From Candidatus Saccharimonadota bacterium (GTDB taxonomy: Bacteria; Patescibacteriota; Saccharimonadia; Saccharimonadales; AWTP1-31), in contig JAPLYT010000003.1 in assembly GCA_026395435.1 (NCBI GenBank), forward strand, positions 135,328-199,327: a stretch of DNA of 64,000 bases, read 5' to 3'. This document shows positions 19,074-29,325 of this stretch, in pieces (the stretch's first letter is position 1; each line of letters opens with the position of its first letter). The notes under the pieces were generated by a model. That model was not told the DNA's origin, searched no databases, and worked only from the letters and a program-made list of their open reading frames with translations. The translations under genes were made by a program, and so were the position numbers.

Positions 19074-19085
19074 AAAGGTAGAGCC

Positions 19086-19652
19086 ATGAAAATTATAGGA
19101 TTATCCGGAACGAATGGATCGGGCAAGGATACCGTAGGCCATTTACTTGAAGAAAAGCACGGATATTTGTTTGCCGACGCTACAGCAATGCTGGGAGCAG
19201 AGCTCGACAAACGTGGATTGACTCATGAACGGGTCAATAAAGCTGCCTTGAGCGCCGAATGGCGCCGTGAGAGCGGTATGGGCGTGATTATTGATAAAGC
19301 TCTTGAAATGTTTAATGCTGGTGATTACAAAGGTTTGATCGTCGGTAGTTTGCGGCATCCAGGAGAAGCAGATCGTGTCCATGAGATTGGCGGGATGGTG
19401 CTTTGGGTAGATGCTGATCCTCAAATCCGGTACGACCGAATTAGTGCCAATAACCGGGGCAGAGTTGAAGACCAGAAGACGTTTGAACAATTTCTTGCCG
19501 AGGAAGCATCCGAAATGTCTCCTTCTGGAGATGCTGCCACGCTCAACATGGGAGCGGTCAAGGAACAGGCCGATTACGTTATCCAAAACAACGGCAACGA
19601 CATCGAACAATTCAAAGTAGATGCCGAAAAAACACTCGCTAGTTATTTGTAG
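19086..19652 (+). CDS. P-loop (d)NMP/dephospho-CoA-kinase-like protein
   Basis: 188 aa; Walker A GLSGTNGSGKDTV at the N-terminus; small-kinase size; 13 nt after rpoD. Confidence 0.45.
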   Translation: MKIIGLSGTNGSGKDTVGHLLEEKHGYLFADATAMLGAELDKRGLTHERVNKAALSAEWRRESGMGVIIDKALEMFNAGDYKGLIVGSLRHPGEADRVHEIGGMVLWVDADPQIRYDRISANNRGRVEDQKTFEQFLAEEASEMSPSGDAATLNMGAVKEQADYVIQNNGNDIEQFKVDAEKTLASYL

Positions 19653-20073
19653 TAGCGGATGTTTTAGCAGTGAGGGATTTGTGGTACTCAGATGTCCGAA
19701 GATTGGCGTCGATAAGAGACCATAACTGTTTGAATGCAATGGCAATTAACGGGTCAATGATTAAGACTGCCTGGGGGGTGGTGGCATAGGAAACGATTAG
19801 TAGTGAAGAGTCAGTGACGCTCCATTCAATAGGTTGACTATATTTATCGTTTTCAATCCACGTTATATCTAGATTATTCCGCTGGTGCTGATCATAATTT
19901 AGCGCACTATTTAATTGGTGCGCCATAATTCCTTTTCGCGTGTTACCATGGCGAGCAGGAGTAACCCTAATTTCATGCATTACATCAAAACCCATACTTG
20001 GTACGTCTGCCTTGGTGTGAATAAAATGTATATCTTCGTGCAGATTAACTTGCTTGCGATAAGCAACTGCCAC
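19639..20073 (-). CDS. hypothetical protein (possibly the detached C-terminal domain of the upstream TrmB-like regulator)
   Basis: 144 aa, GTG start, 23 nt downstream of and in a different frame from the HTH gene. Confidence 0.35.
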   Translation of the reverse strand: MAVAYRKQVNLHEDIHFIHTKADVPSMGFDVMHEIRVTPARHGNTRKGIMAHQLNSALNYDQHQRNNLDITWIENDKYSQPIEWSVTDSSLLIVSYATTPQAVLIIDPLIAIAFKQLWSLIDANLRTSEYHKSLTAKTSATTNN

Positions 20074-20096
20074 CTCATCTCGGCCAGAAAATACCT

Positions 20097-20438
20097 CTAC
20101 CCCGGTTTTTTAGTGTGTTTACTGTAGGTCTCTAGTAAATCGTGCATGATACTATTGACCTTCTCCTCGCGGCTGACTGCCTCGGCTCTATATTTCGCTG
20201 TAAGTGTAGCTAAGGCCAGAGGATTGTCTGGTTTATAGGAGAGTGTTTTACCGTCAGCTTCTTTGATGATTATGTTTAGTTCGACGAGTGAATCTAAAAT
20301 TTTATAGGCATTTGTCCTTGTTAGCCGTAGATGTTGCGCCAGTAGAGAAGGCTTAGTAGACCCGTTTTTTATTAAGTAGGCGTATGCCTCAGCCTGCTGG
20401 GGGCTTAAGCCAATTGCTTCGAGTTCTGAAATATCCAT
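20097..20438 (-). CDS. TrmB-like/MarR-like winged-helix transcriptional regulator (N-terminal HTH domain)
   Basis: MDISELEAIGLSPQQAEAYAYLIKNGSTKPSLLAQHLRLTRTNAYKILDSLVELNII... resembles TrmB N-terminal wHTH followed by a coiled coil. Confidence 0.55.
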   Translation of the reverse strand: MDISELEAIGLSPQQAEAYAYLIKNGSTKPSLLAQHLRLTRTNAYKILDSLVELNIIIKEADGKTLSYKPDNPLALATLTAKYRAEAVSREEKVNSIMHDLLETYSKHTKKPG

Positions 20439-20464
20439 GCGTAAACAGTAGCACATAAATTATG

Positions 20465-20489
20465 TTTTGTGAAGTAAAAATTCACAAAA
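20465..20489. promoter_or_regulatory. perfect 9-bp inverted repeat ttttgtgaa-N7-ttcacaaaa in a divergent AT-rich intergenic region; candidate operator
   Basis: Read directly; lies between the regulator start (20438) and the promoter of the 20603 gene. Confidence 0.5.
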
Positions 20490-20543
20490 AGGTATCTAAA
20501 ATATAAAAAATATACCATAAAAACGTATAATGTGAACTAATAC

Positions 20544-20572
20544 TTGACAATATATATACTTCATGCTATACT
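20544..20572 (+). promoter_or_regulatory. sigma-70-type promoter TTGACA-17-TATACT for the 20603 gene
   Basis: Consensus -35 and near-consensus -10 with a 17-nt spacer, 30 nt upstream of the ATG. Confidence 0.55.
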
Positions 20573-20602
20573 TCCGAACATTCTTATGTAAAAGGAGAAC
20601 GT

Positions 20603-21973
20603 ATGACTAATAATTCTGATTGTAGGGATTTATGCCCACAATATGAGATATGTGAACAGATGCGACTTAAAGGTTTCGAGGCAGTTAGTTCTGCGGGAAC
20701 TGATTTTGTCTATGACTCGATGATTGAGTACCAGACAGAGGATGGTCGCTTTGTGAATGGTGAGGAATTTTTTGGTACACCCGAGCCAAATTTAGCTGCC
20801 GAGAAATTGAGACAGGCTGGATATCAGTTACAGAATGCTAGCGCTGGTCTGAAAGACAAGCTACTAAAGGGCTGCAAAAACGGTCCAGTCAGAATGGGAG
20901 CAAGATTTATTTGCTCATCAAGCGTTGATATAGGTATTACGATGGCTGACTTAGGTCTGGATCAAGATAGTTCTGTTGATGGTGCTATAGTAAACGTAGA
21001 CATTAACGAGGGCAATCAAATGGAAGCAGGTCAAGAACCAAGCAGTAACGAAGTTAATAATCGCTCAACGGCCGAGTTTGTAGAAGAAAGACTAGGCTGG
21101 CTTAGAGAAGCTGCAGAACTATATCACGGGCCAGAGATCGAAGGCGATATTATTGGCTTACTCCCTGAACCAACTGAGCCTCGTGCTGACGCCGAAGGCT
21201 GGGATCTAGATGACGCAAAAGAAGCCAAACTTCGGGAGATTGCTGGTAGGTTCGGTATTGGAGGCGAACAGGATGTTCTAGCCGAATCAGAGATACACTT
21301 GCTCGAAGGTGGAAAACCTTGGAAAGTCGCATCTGAAATGGCCATATCTAGTGGATCAAATACTGTAATATTAGCTGGATCACCAAATAGGAAAATAGGT
21401 GATGATGAGCATAAATACATGACTACAAAACACCAAACTATGATAGAAAATGAAACAGAATACGATATGGTGCGGAGAATAGCTGAAGGTGCTGAAGGAT
21501 TTGTTCCACTTGAGGAAGATGTTATTTTGCCATTCGGTTATGACATTAAGGCAGGTCATCAATTAGTCGAAGAACCTACAGGACAATTTGTCGAAATCGG
21601 AACTATCAATGGTGCCCAAGTCGTGATTCTACGAGTCGACCGCGAAAATATGCTAGACGGTACGTATCAGAATCAGCCCGGTGCTCTAGATCTCCTAAAG
21701 GTAGTGGCGGACGCAAGAACTGCAGCTGGTGACCAGACATCAACAATTGGATTTCTTACGAGCAATACCTATGCTTCCAGAGCAATAAGTGTCGTAGAAG
21801 CCGGTTTTGATTCAAATCGTGAATTTTCCGTTGGTATGTATGGTCGAAATACGCTTGCAAATGTACAGGGTAACCCTGTTGCAGAACCGACCGCTATCAA
21901 TCAGATTCCGAGCGAATTAAACGTTATGGCTAAAGCAGTCATACACCTACAAAATAAAATCGACCAACGTTAA
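20603..21973 (+). CDS. hypothetical protein (456 aa), Cys-cluster N-terminus (CRDLCPQYEIC), no recognisable domain
   Basis: Long ORF behind a strong promoter in an AT-rich region. Confidence 0.5.
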   Translation: MTNNSDCRDLCPQYEICEQMRLKGFEAVSSAGTDFVYDSMIEYQTEDGRFVNGEEFFGTPEPNLAAEKLRQAGYQLQNASAGLKDKLLKGCKNGPVRMGARFICSSSVDIGITMADLGLDQDSSVDGAIVNVDINEGNQMEAGQEPSSNEVNNRSTAEFVEERLGWLREAAELYHGPEIEGDIIGLLPEPTEPRADAEGWDLDDAKEAKLREIAGRFGIGGEQDVLAESEIHLLEGGKPWKVASEMAISSGSNTVILAGSPNRKIGDDEHKYMTTKHQTMIENETEYDMVRRIAEGAEGFVPLEEDVILPFGYDIKAGHQLVEEPTGQFVEIGTINGAQVVILRVDRENMLDGTYQNQPGALDLLKVVADARTAAGDQTSTIGFLTSNTYASRAISVVEAGFDSNREFSVGMYGRNTLANVQGNPVAEPTAINQIPSELNVMAKAVIHLQNKIDQR

Positions 21974-22058
21974 AAATATAGTAATATACAAAATTGACAA
22001 ATAAGCATAAGGATGCTAGTAAGGTGGTAAGTTTATAAAAACAAAAAGGATCAAATAC

Positions 22059-22523
22059 ATGTCGCTATTCCACCGAAATGACACTGCAGTAACATCTGAA
22101 AAAGAGCCAGTTCGTAATGTGCGCAAAATCGGAGCTTCGGCTTTAGTCTTAGCCGCTGCGCTCGCAATGGGTATCGGCGCCTCTCATAAATCAGAGGTTC
22201 CAACTTCAGTGCCTCAGGCTGTATCAACAACTTCAGAAATGCCACAACTGAGCGTGCCAGACAACGGTGCATTTAGCGTTGATCAACAGGGTAGCATTAT
22301 TCCTGAGACCAGAGCTACGACTCTTGAAGTTGATGGCACAAAAGTTGCTGGCATCATTTCATCTGCTGAGATTACAAAAGACGCTGGTGCTTCTACTGAC
22401 AGCGTACAAGCTGCCGTAGTAGGTGGTGATCCAACACCAGTTACAAATGCTATACCAGTACAAATCGATGGCGGCGCCGATGTATCAATTGAGCGTCTTC
22501 CAGTATACCCTGCCGGCAAATAA
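22059..22523 (+). CDS. secreted/membrane-anchored hypothetical protein
   Basis: 154 aa; N-terminal signal/TM segment IGASALVLAAALAMGIGAS; S/T/V-rich mature part. Confidence 0.4.
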   Translation: MSLFHRNDTAVTSEKEPVRNVRKIGASALVLAAALAMGIGASHKSEVPTSVPQAVSTTSEMPQLSVPDNGAFSVDQQGSIIPETRATTLEVDGTKVAGIISSAEITKDAGASTDSVQAAVVGGDPTPVTNAIPVQIDGGADVSIERLPVYPAGK

Positions 22524-22529
22524 ACCGGT

Positions 22530-25310
22530 TTAATTTGAAGGTATGAGCGATCTCTTTTTTACGATTCGCTGAGCTTCGCGGATGACTACGAAAATAGCGG
22601 CTGCACCGAGGGCGTATGCCCAATCGGTTATTCCAAGTGGTCCGGCACCAAAGTAGCTGTTAATCGGTGAGTAAATAATGAGCATGACACAGCTTATAGA
22701 GAGCACCATTGCTGCCCACAAATGTTTATTATGCAGTTGATAGCGAGTGAATAATCCGTCAGAGCTACGACGCTGCAAAATGTTGAATAATTGGCAAAGA
22801 ACGATCACGAGGTAGGTCATGGCAGTAGCTTTGAGGTGCACAGAGCTTCCACTGATGGCGTTTTCGGCCACCACACCATGACGGCTAAAGAAAAGTAAGT
22901 AATTTCCGAAGGCCAGGCCTCCGATGAGTAGCCCGCACCAGACTAAATCGGTGATTGAAACTCGGTTGAGAATATGATGCGTTGGTGACCGGGGAGGTTC
23001 ATCCATCAGTTCTCGGTCTGCCTCGTCCCAGCCGAGGGCTGCGATAGGGAAGAGTTCTGCCACCAGGTCGATGGCTAGAATCTGCATGACGCTAAGGGCT
23101 AGTGGTATACCAAATAAGCTGGCAGCTGCCAAGCTGAGTAAATTCACGATCAGTTCCGCTCCGTTGCTCGTGAAACAGCTGAGAGTGCCTTTTTTGATAT
23201 TCTGAAATACTACCCGTCCTTCCTGGACGGCTCCAATCAGCGTATGGAAACTGTCATCCAAGAGTACGATGTCAGCCGATTGTTTTGCGACATCTGTCCC
23301 GGTGACGCCCATGGCTACGCCGATATCTGCTCGTTTAAGAGCAGGGGCGTCGTTGATCCCATCTCCCGTCACGGCGACCACGCAACCACTATCTTTTATA
23401 AGGCCCACAATACGAAGCTTATCTTCAGGGCTTACCCGTGAAAAAATAACACTCCCTTTTGATGTCATATCAATAATTTTGCCGTCACTCAATTTTTCTA
23501 CTTCATCTCCCATGACGAGGGTGATGGCATCTTTACTTTTGGCCAGTCCTGCTCGAAGGGCAATGGCTTGAGCAGTCGACGCATAATCTCCAGTAATGAT
23601 TGAAACCGAAATGTGCGCTCGATGGGCATCTTCCATGGCAGCTGGTACTTCTTCCCTGAGCGGGTCGATCATAGAGACCATGCCCAGGTAGGTGAGTCCA
23701 GACTCGACTGATTCCATGGTTAGGGTCTCAATAGTGGTCTTGGGCGGTAGAATCTTGTAGGCAAAACTAAGATTGCGAAGTGCATCTTGAGCCAAGGTCT
23801 CGTTAGCATCCAGAATTGTCGCAATAGTTTTTTTATCTAATTTTCGGGTGTGTCCGTGGTCCCATATGTCATCACATTTTTCGAGTACATTTTCGGGTGC
23901 ACCTTTTACGAACACGTACGTGTTTTTACCATCACCCCAAGTACGAATCGAGCTCATACGTTTGCGAGCAGAATCAAAACTGAATTCTTTGAGTTCTGGA
24001 TATTTTTTCTCTAATGCTTGCGGATCGAGTCCTGATTTTCGACCCACTGTGATAAGTGCCGCTTCAGTTGGATCTCCGATGGCATACCAATCGGCATGCT
24101 CGGCATCGGGCCCATCCACACGAGCGTTACTCGCAAATATACCTGCTGCAAAAAAGAGTTCAAGCTCTGATTGTTCGGCAGGAGACAAGGCAGTGGTTGA
24201 TCCCATTTTTGAAATACGGCCGTTCGCTTCATAACCAACACCACTGACAGAATAGGTCTGAGAGCCGATTATAAACTGTTGAACGGTCATTTGATTCTTG
24301 GTGAGGGTGCCCGTTTTATCAGTACAAATGATGCTTGTTGCACCCAGTGATTCAACCGCCGATAATTTTTTGACCAGTGCTCGGGCATGAGCAAGTTTTT
24401 TAGCAGCTTGGGCAAGGGTGGTGTTGATCTCGGCCGGTAATCCTTGAGGGATGATCGAGCTGGCAATCCCTATGGCAAAAAGAAACGCTGCCTTCACCCC
24501 AAGATTAGCTTGCAATGCAATTGGCACCAATACGGCGCAGAGAACCACCGTACCTTGGGTCACGTGCTTTGCAATATTATTCATTTCTCGTTGCAGTGGG
24601 CTCAGGTCTTGCCCGGTGTCTTGACTGAGGTTAGCGATTCGGCCTAGCTCGGTATTCATACCGGTGGCAATAACAACTCCATAACCATGTCCGGTGGCAA
24701 CCGTTGTTCCCATATACGTTAAGTTATGACGATCACCGATGGGGACCTCGCCATCTATAATATGAGTAAACTTACGGCTCGGGTTACTCTCCCCGGTGAG
24801 TGCAAAATCATTCGTCGCAAGTTCGGATTCTTCAACGATGCGCAGATCAGCCGGGATAGAGTCCCCTTCTTCTATATAGATAACATCACCGACAACAATT
24901 TCGGTGCTAGCAATGATGACCAATTTGTCATCTCGCTTAACCTTGGCTTCTGGCACCACAAGCCGCACCAGGCTTTCCATGATCCGCTCCGCTTTGTACT
25001 CTTGGGTGAAGCCGATCAAGGTATTAAAGATAACGAGCGCAAACAGCACAAAACCTGTTCGACTATCGCCAAGGAACAATGAAATTACACCACTTACCGT
25101 GAGCAAGACGATCATCAAATCTTTAAACTGTTCCAGATATCGAACGAACCAACTTTTATGATGTGTTTCAGTCAGAACGTTCTGCCCATGCTGATCAAGC
25201 CTCGTTTTTGCTGTGCTGGCAGGCAAGCCTTGCAAGCTTGTATTGAGTCGATCAAATATTTGCTCTGTACCCACTTGATAGGCGGGTACGTCGCGCAAGT
25301 TATTATCCAT
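22530..25310 (-). CDS. cation-transporting P-type ATPase (type IIA/IIB, Ca2+/Mg2+-like)
   Basis: 926 aa; DKTGTLT phosphorylation motif, TGDGINDAPAL hinge motif, 10 TM topology. Confidence 0.9.
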   Translation of the reverse strand: MDNNLRDVPAYQVGTEQIFDRLNTSLQGLPASTAKTRLDQHGQNVLTETHHKSWFVRYLEQFKDLMIVLLTVSGVISLFLGDSRTGFVLFALVIFNTLIGFTQEYKAERIMESLVRLVVPEAKVKRDDKLVIIASTEIVVGDVIYIEEGDSIPADLRIVEESELATNDFALTGESNPSRKFTHIIDGEVPIGDRHNLTYMGTTVATGHGYGVVIATGMNTELGRIANLSQDTGQDLSPLQREMNNIAKHVTQGTVVLCAVLVPIALQANLGVKAAFLFAIGIASSIIPQGLPAEINTTLAQAAKKLAHARALVKKLSAVESLGATSIICTDKTGTLTKNQMTVQQFIIGSQTYSVSGVGYEANGRISKMGSTTALSPAEQSELELFFAAGIFASNARVDGPDAEHADWYAIGDPTEAALITVGRKSGLDPQALEKKYPELKEFSFDSARKRMSSIRTWGDGKNTYVFVKGAPENVLEKCDDIWDHGHTRKLDKKTIATILDANETLAQDALRNLSFAYKILPPKTTIETLTMESVESGLTYLGMVSMIDPLREEVPAAMEDAHRAHISVSIITGDYASTAQAIALRAGLAKSKDAITLVMGDEVEKLSDGKIIDMTSKGSVIFSRVSPEDKLRIVGLIKDSGCVVAVTGDGINDAPALKRADIGVAMGVTGTDVAKQSADIVLLDDSFHTLIGAVQEGRVVFQNIKKGTLSCFTSNGAELIVNLLSLAAASLFGIPLALSVMQILAIDLVAELFPIAALGWDEADRELMDEPPRSPTHHILNRVSITDLVWCGLLIGGLAFGNYLLFFSRHGVVAENAISGSSVHLKATAMTYLVIVLCQLFNILQRRSSDGLFTRYQLHNKHLWAAMVLSISCVMLIIYSPINSYFGAGPLGITDWAYALGAAAIFVVIREAQRIVKKRSLIPSN

Positions 25311-25378
25311 ATACGTAAGTATAGCGTAAGCGATATAAACGAGAATAGCAGTACATCATTCAGCCCCTATTTATTTGA

Positions 25379-26578
25379 ATGTATGAGGAAAAATACTATA
25401 ATAATCTAATGTTAACAGAGAAAAATCTTTCATTAGAGCAAATATCATCCCAGGTATTGTCAGAATTACAGACTGAACACATGCCTACAATGCGCTTAGG
25501 TACAGTTGCAGTTCATACAGAATTTCAACTATCGGAAGAACCTCAATCATGCCCCATTCATATCGCATCTGATCAAATACCTGCTACTGCTGCAGAAAGC
25601 GATCCTGCTAAACGTCGTCAACTTGATACGAGACCAAGCTTACATATAAACGCTGATGGCGATTCGACATCTGCATATCTGCGTGAGATTGGTAGAATCC
25701 CACTCTTGACTAGTAAAGATGAGACAGAATTAGCACTGACAATCAGATCAGGCAAAGAGGCGGCCGCCCATTTAGCAGAGTTACAGGCAACTGACACGAT
25801 CCAATCCGTAAGTCCTCGACAACTGGCAGATTTAAAAAGACGTATCAGTGCTGCCGATATAGCGAGAGAAAAGTTCATTAATGCAAACCAAAGACTCGTT
25901 GTCTCAATTGCCAAAAAGTATCAGTATTCACACTTGTCACTACTTGATTTGATACAAGAAGGAAACATCGGTATGATGCGTGCTGTCGAAAAATTCGATC
26001 CAGACAAAGGGTTCAAATTTAGCACCTATGCAATGTGGTGGATAAAACAGAGTATCATCCGTGGTATCGATAATACGGGTAAAGCCATTAGAATCCCATC
26101 TCATGCCATTAATGCCCAGCATGCCGTAAAGACAAGTATACGACGACTTGAGGAAGATCTAGGCCGCAAGCCGACTATCCCAGAAATTGCCATTGACTCA
26201 TCGTACGAAGAAGCTGATATACGAAGAATTTTACAGTTTCCCAGTGACCCCATATCACTTTCTACTCCAGTAGGCGAAGATAGCACAACCGAATTCGGCG
26301 AAAGCATTGGCGACACAAACGCCATAGAAACCATTGAAGAATCAATTGATATGCTGGGGATGAGACTTGCATTGAAAACGGCTTTAGATAAATTAAGTCC
26401 TCGAGAACGTGAAATTATAATTTTGCGCAAAGGCTTGATCGACGGGAATGAAACAACGTTTGAGGCTATTGGGCATAGCATGGGGCTTACGCGCGAGCGT
26501 ATACGTCAGATTGAAGCCAAGGCAATGAAAAAATTAGCTGAAAAAAGCTTCGGCCTCAGCCCCGAGCTCTATAGGTAG
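25379..26578 (+). CDS. second RpoD-like sigma-70 family factor (regions 1.2, 2, 3, 4 all present)
   Basis: 399 aa; [54 protein letters not shown], region 4 [18 protein letters not shown]; paralogous to rpoD at 17946. Confidence 0.85.
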   Translation: MYEEKYYNNLMLTEKNLSLEQISSQVLSELQTEHMPTMRLGTVAVHTEFQLSEEPQSCPIHIASDQIPATAAESDPAKRRQLDTRPSLHINADGDSTSAYLREIGRIPLLTSKDETELALTIRSGKEAAAHLAELQATDTIQSVSPRQLADLKRRISAADIAREKFINANQRLVVSIAKKYQYSHLSLLDLIQEGNIGMMRAVEKFDPDKGFKFSTYAMWWIKQSIIRGIDNTGKAIRIPSHAINAQHAVKTSIRRLEEDLGRKPTIPEIAIDSSYEEADIRRILQFPSDPISLSTPVGEDSTTEFGESIGDTNAIETIEESIDMLGMRLALKTALDKLSPREREIIILRKGLIDGNETTFEAIGHSMGLTRERIRQIEAKAMKKLAEKSFGLSPELYR

Positions 26579-26642
26579 ACAAATAGTTGTGAAAATTATG
26601 ACCTCATAGTTGTAGTGGCCGTACTAACGTATACTGATAGAT

Positions 26643-29266
26643 ATGGCAGAGTCAGAGATTGCTCACAAGAGAAAACGGTTGGTTATAATAGATGGTAAAT
26701 CGGTATTTTATCGTGGCTATTATGGCATGCCAAATCTGACCACCAAAGACGGCACTCCAACAGGTGGCGTCTATGGTTTTGCGGTCATGGCTCTGGAGGT
26801 AATAAAGCGTCTTAAACCCGATTATGTCTGCGTGGCATGGGATAAACCTAAGACTAATATTCGTAAACGCCTTGCGATTTACCCCAAATACAAGGCTGGG
26901 CGCAAACCGCCACCAGCTGATTTTTATACCCAGATCCCACTCCTTCATGAGCTACTTAAGGCTTTCGGATGGCCATTGTATGAACTTGATGATTATGAGG
27001 CCGACGATATCATGGGAACACTGGCAGTTCAGGCTACCGCTCAAGATATCGAAACCATGCTTATTACCAGCGACATGGATATGCTGCAGTTGGTCGATTT
27101 ACACGTCAGTGTCTATGCACTCAAAAAAGGTCTCAGCAGTATTGAGCTTTTTCACCCTGAGAGTTTTATCGAAAAATATGGCATTTTGCCAACGCAATTT
27201 CTAGACCTAAAAGCACTGAAGGGCGATAGCTCAGATAATATCCCTGGCGTACCGGGTATAGGCGAGAAGGGTGCTCTTGAACTACTCAATACCTATGGCA
27301 CACTTGATGCAATTTATGACAATACAGCCCTCATAAAAGCCAGCCTTAGCAAAAAGCTTATCGAAGGTAAGGAGTCGGCTTATATGAGCAAACAACTGGC
27401 CTCGATCTGGTTTGATGCACCGCTCAAGCTCGATCTCAAAAATCTCGATGCTCAGGCTTGCGAACCAGAAACTATTCGGACTGCGTTGGAAAAGCTGGAA
27501 TTTAAAACCTTAGCCCGGCAATTACCGGAATATATGAACATCAAAGATAGTCATATCAAACCAGTCGAACGTCATAATATGAAAGTTGGAAAGCTGGTGG
27601 TTATTGATAGTGACACGGCGCTCAAGACTATCGATATTCCTCAAAGCAAACACGTAGTGCTCAATGCTCTGTGCAGCAAGGATCGAGATAGAACTCCAGA
27701 ACACATTATTCTTGGTTTTGACAACAGTACATATGATCTCGACATCGCCAAGCTCGATACGCAAGCCGTACTGAATTTTCTGCAATCAACCTTCGTAATG
27801 TACGATACGGTGATCGGCTATGACGTCAAAGCTTCCCTTAGAGCAGTCAAGGCTCTAGGGCTTGCCATGCCCACCGTTGGCCATGATGTCCTCGTCGGTG
27901 CATTTTTGCTAAACTCACTCATCCGTGAGCAATCTTTGAGTGATATCGCTGCCGATACACTAGATATCCATCTCGACGAAGCAGTTTCTAGCCATGCTGA
28001 CGTAACGGCAGTGATCATAGCCCTTTATAAGAGTCAGTCGAGTGCATTAAAGAAATATCCTTCGCTAGAAAAATTGGCCCACGACATTGAGTGGCCAATC
28101 ATATCTGTTTTGGCAGATATGGAGTCGAACGGTATTCAGCTTGATACGCACTATCTCGGCCTCATGTCGAGCCAAGTAGATGATCTTATTTCTGATCTTG
28201 AACAACAAATTTATGGTTTTGCAGAGACGGAATTCAACATCAGTTCGCCATCTCAGCTCGCAGACATTTTGTTTGAGAAATTACAATTGAGCACAACAGG
28301 GATAAAGAAAGGTAAAACTGCCTATTCTACTGCGGCAAGCGAGCTTGATAAACTCCGCGGTTCTCACCCAATTATCGATATGATCACTCAATTCAGGGAA
28401 GTATCGAAACTCAAAAATACCTACATCGATACGCTACCAAAACTCGTCGATGAGTCGTCTCGAATTCATACCACATTCAATCTCACTATCGCTCAAACAG
28501 GTCGTTTGAGTAGTACCGACCCCAACTTGCAAAATATTCCGGTTCGAACCGAGCTCGGCAAGCGTATTCGGACGGCATTCGTAGCCAGTCCGGGAAAGTG
28601 TTTTGTGGGTGCCGACTACAGCCAATTCGAGCTACGCCTGAAGATACCGAAATGATCGACGCCTTCAATAGGGGCGCTGATATACATACTGTTACCGCGG
28701 CTCAAGTGTATGGTCGAGACCCTGAAGAAGTCACCAAAAGCATGCGTCGTGAGGCTAAGGTTGTAAACTTCGGCATCATGTATGGTCTAAGTACTCATGG
28801 TCTCGTGGCGGCTACAGGAATGAGCTATGACCAAGCAAAGGAATTTATTGAAAAATATTTCTTGGCTCGGCCAAAGCTCAAAGCCTACATGGACCATATC
28901 AAAAAACAGGCGACTGAGGACGGCTATGTAGAGACACTATTTGGTCGTCGACGACCAACGCCAGATATTAAATCAAGTAACTTTATGGTTCGCGAAGGTG
29001 CACTCCGAGCCGCTGTAAACATGCCGTTCCAGGGAAGTGCAGCCGATATCATGAAAAAAGCAATGATCGATATACATCACAAACTTGTCGACTGGCCAGA
29101 GACCAAAATGTTACTTCAAATCCATGACAGCATCATGGTGGAATGCCCTAAATCTGATGCAGCCGATATCGCCAAACTCCTGAAGGAAACCATGGAAAAT
29201 ACCATCACCTTACCGGTGAAACTGACCGTCGACACCGAAATAGGCGAAAATTGGGGCGAATTGTAA
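26643..29266 (+). pseudogene. polA: DNA polymerase I (polA) interrupted by a frameshift near 28637-28655
   Basis: N-terminal fragment 26643..28655 carries the 5'-3' exonuclease and polymerase motif A (...GADYSQFELRL then KIPK*). The C-terminal fragment continues in another frame from about 28637 (PEDTEMIDAFNRGADIHT..., motif B RREAKVVNFGIMYG, motif C QIHDSIMVE). About 5-6 codons between ELRL and DTEMIDAF appear to be missing. Confidence 0.8.
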
Positions 29267-29325
29267 AAATTACTGGTAAAAATAGTAATTGCATGATATA
29301 ATACTGTTTGTAATAAGGAAGTTGT

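Noticed and set aside
19653-20073. Intergenic-looking stretch after the P-loop kinase, as a possible mobile element end
   Set aside because: It is fully covered by the 144-aa minus-strand ORF; no inverted repeats or integrase/transposase genes are nearby.
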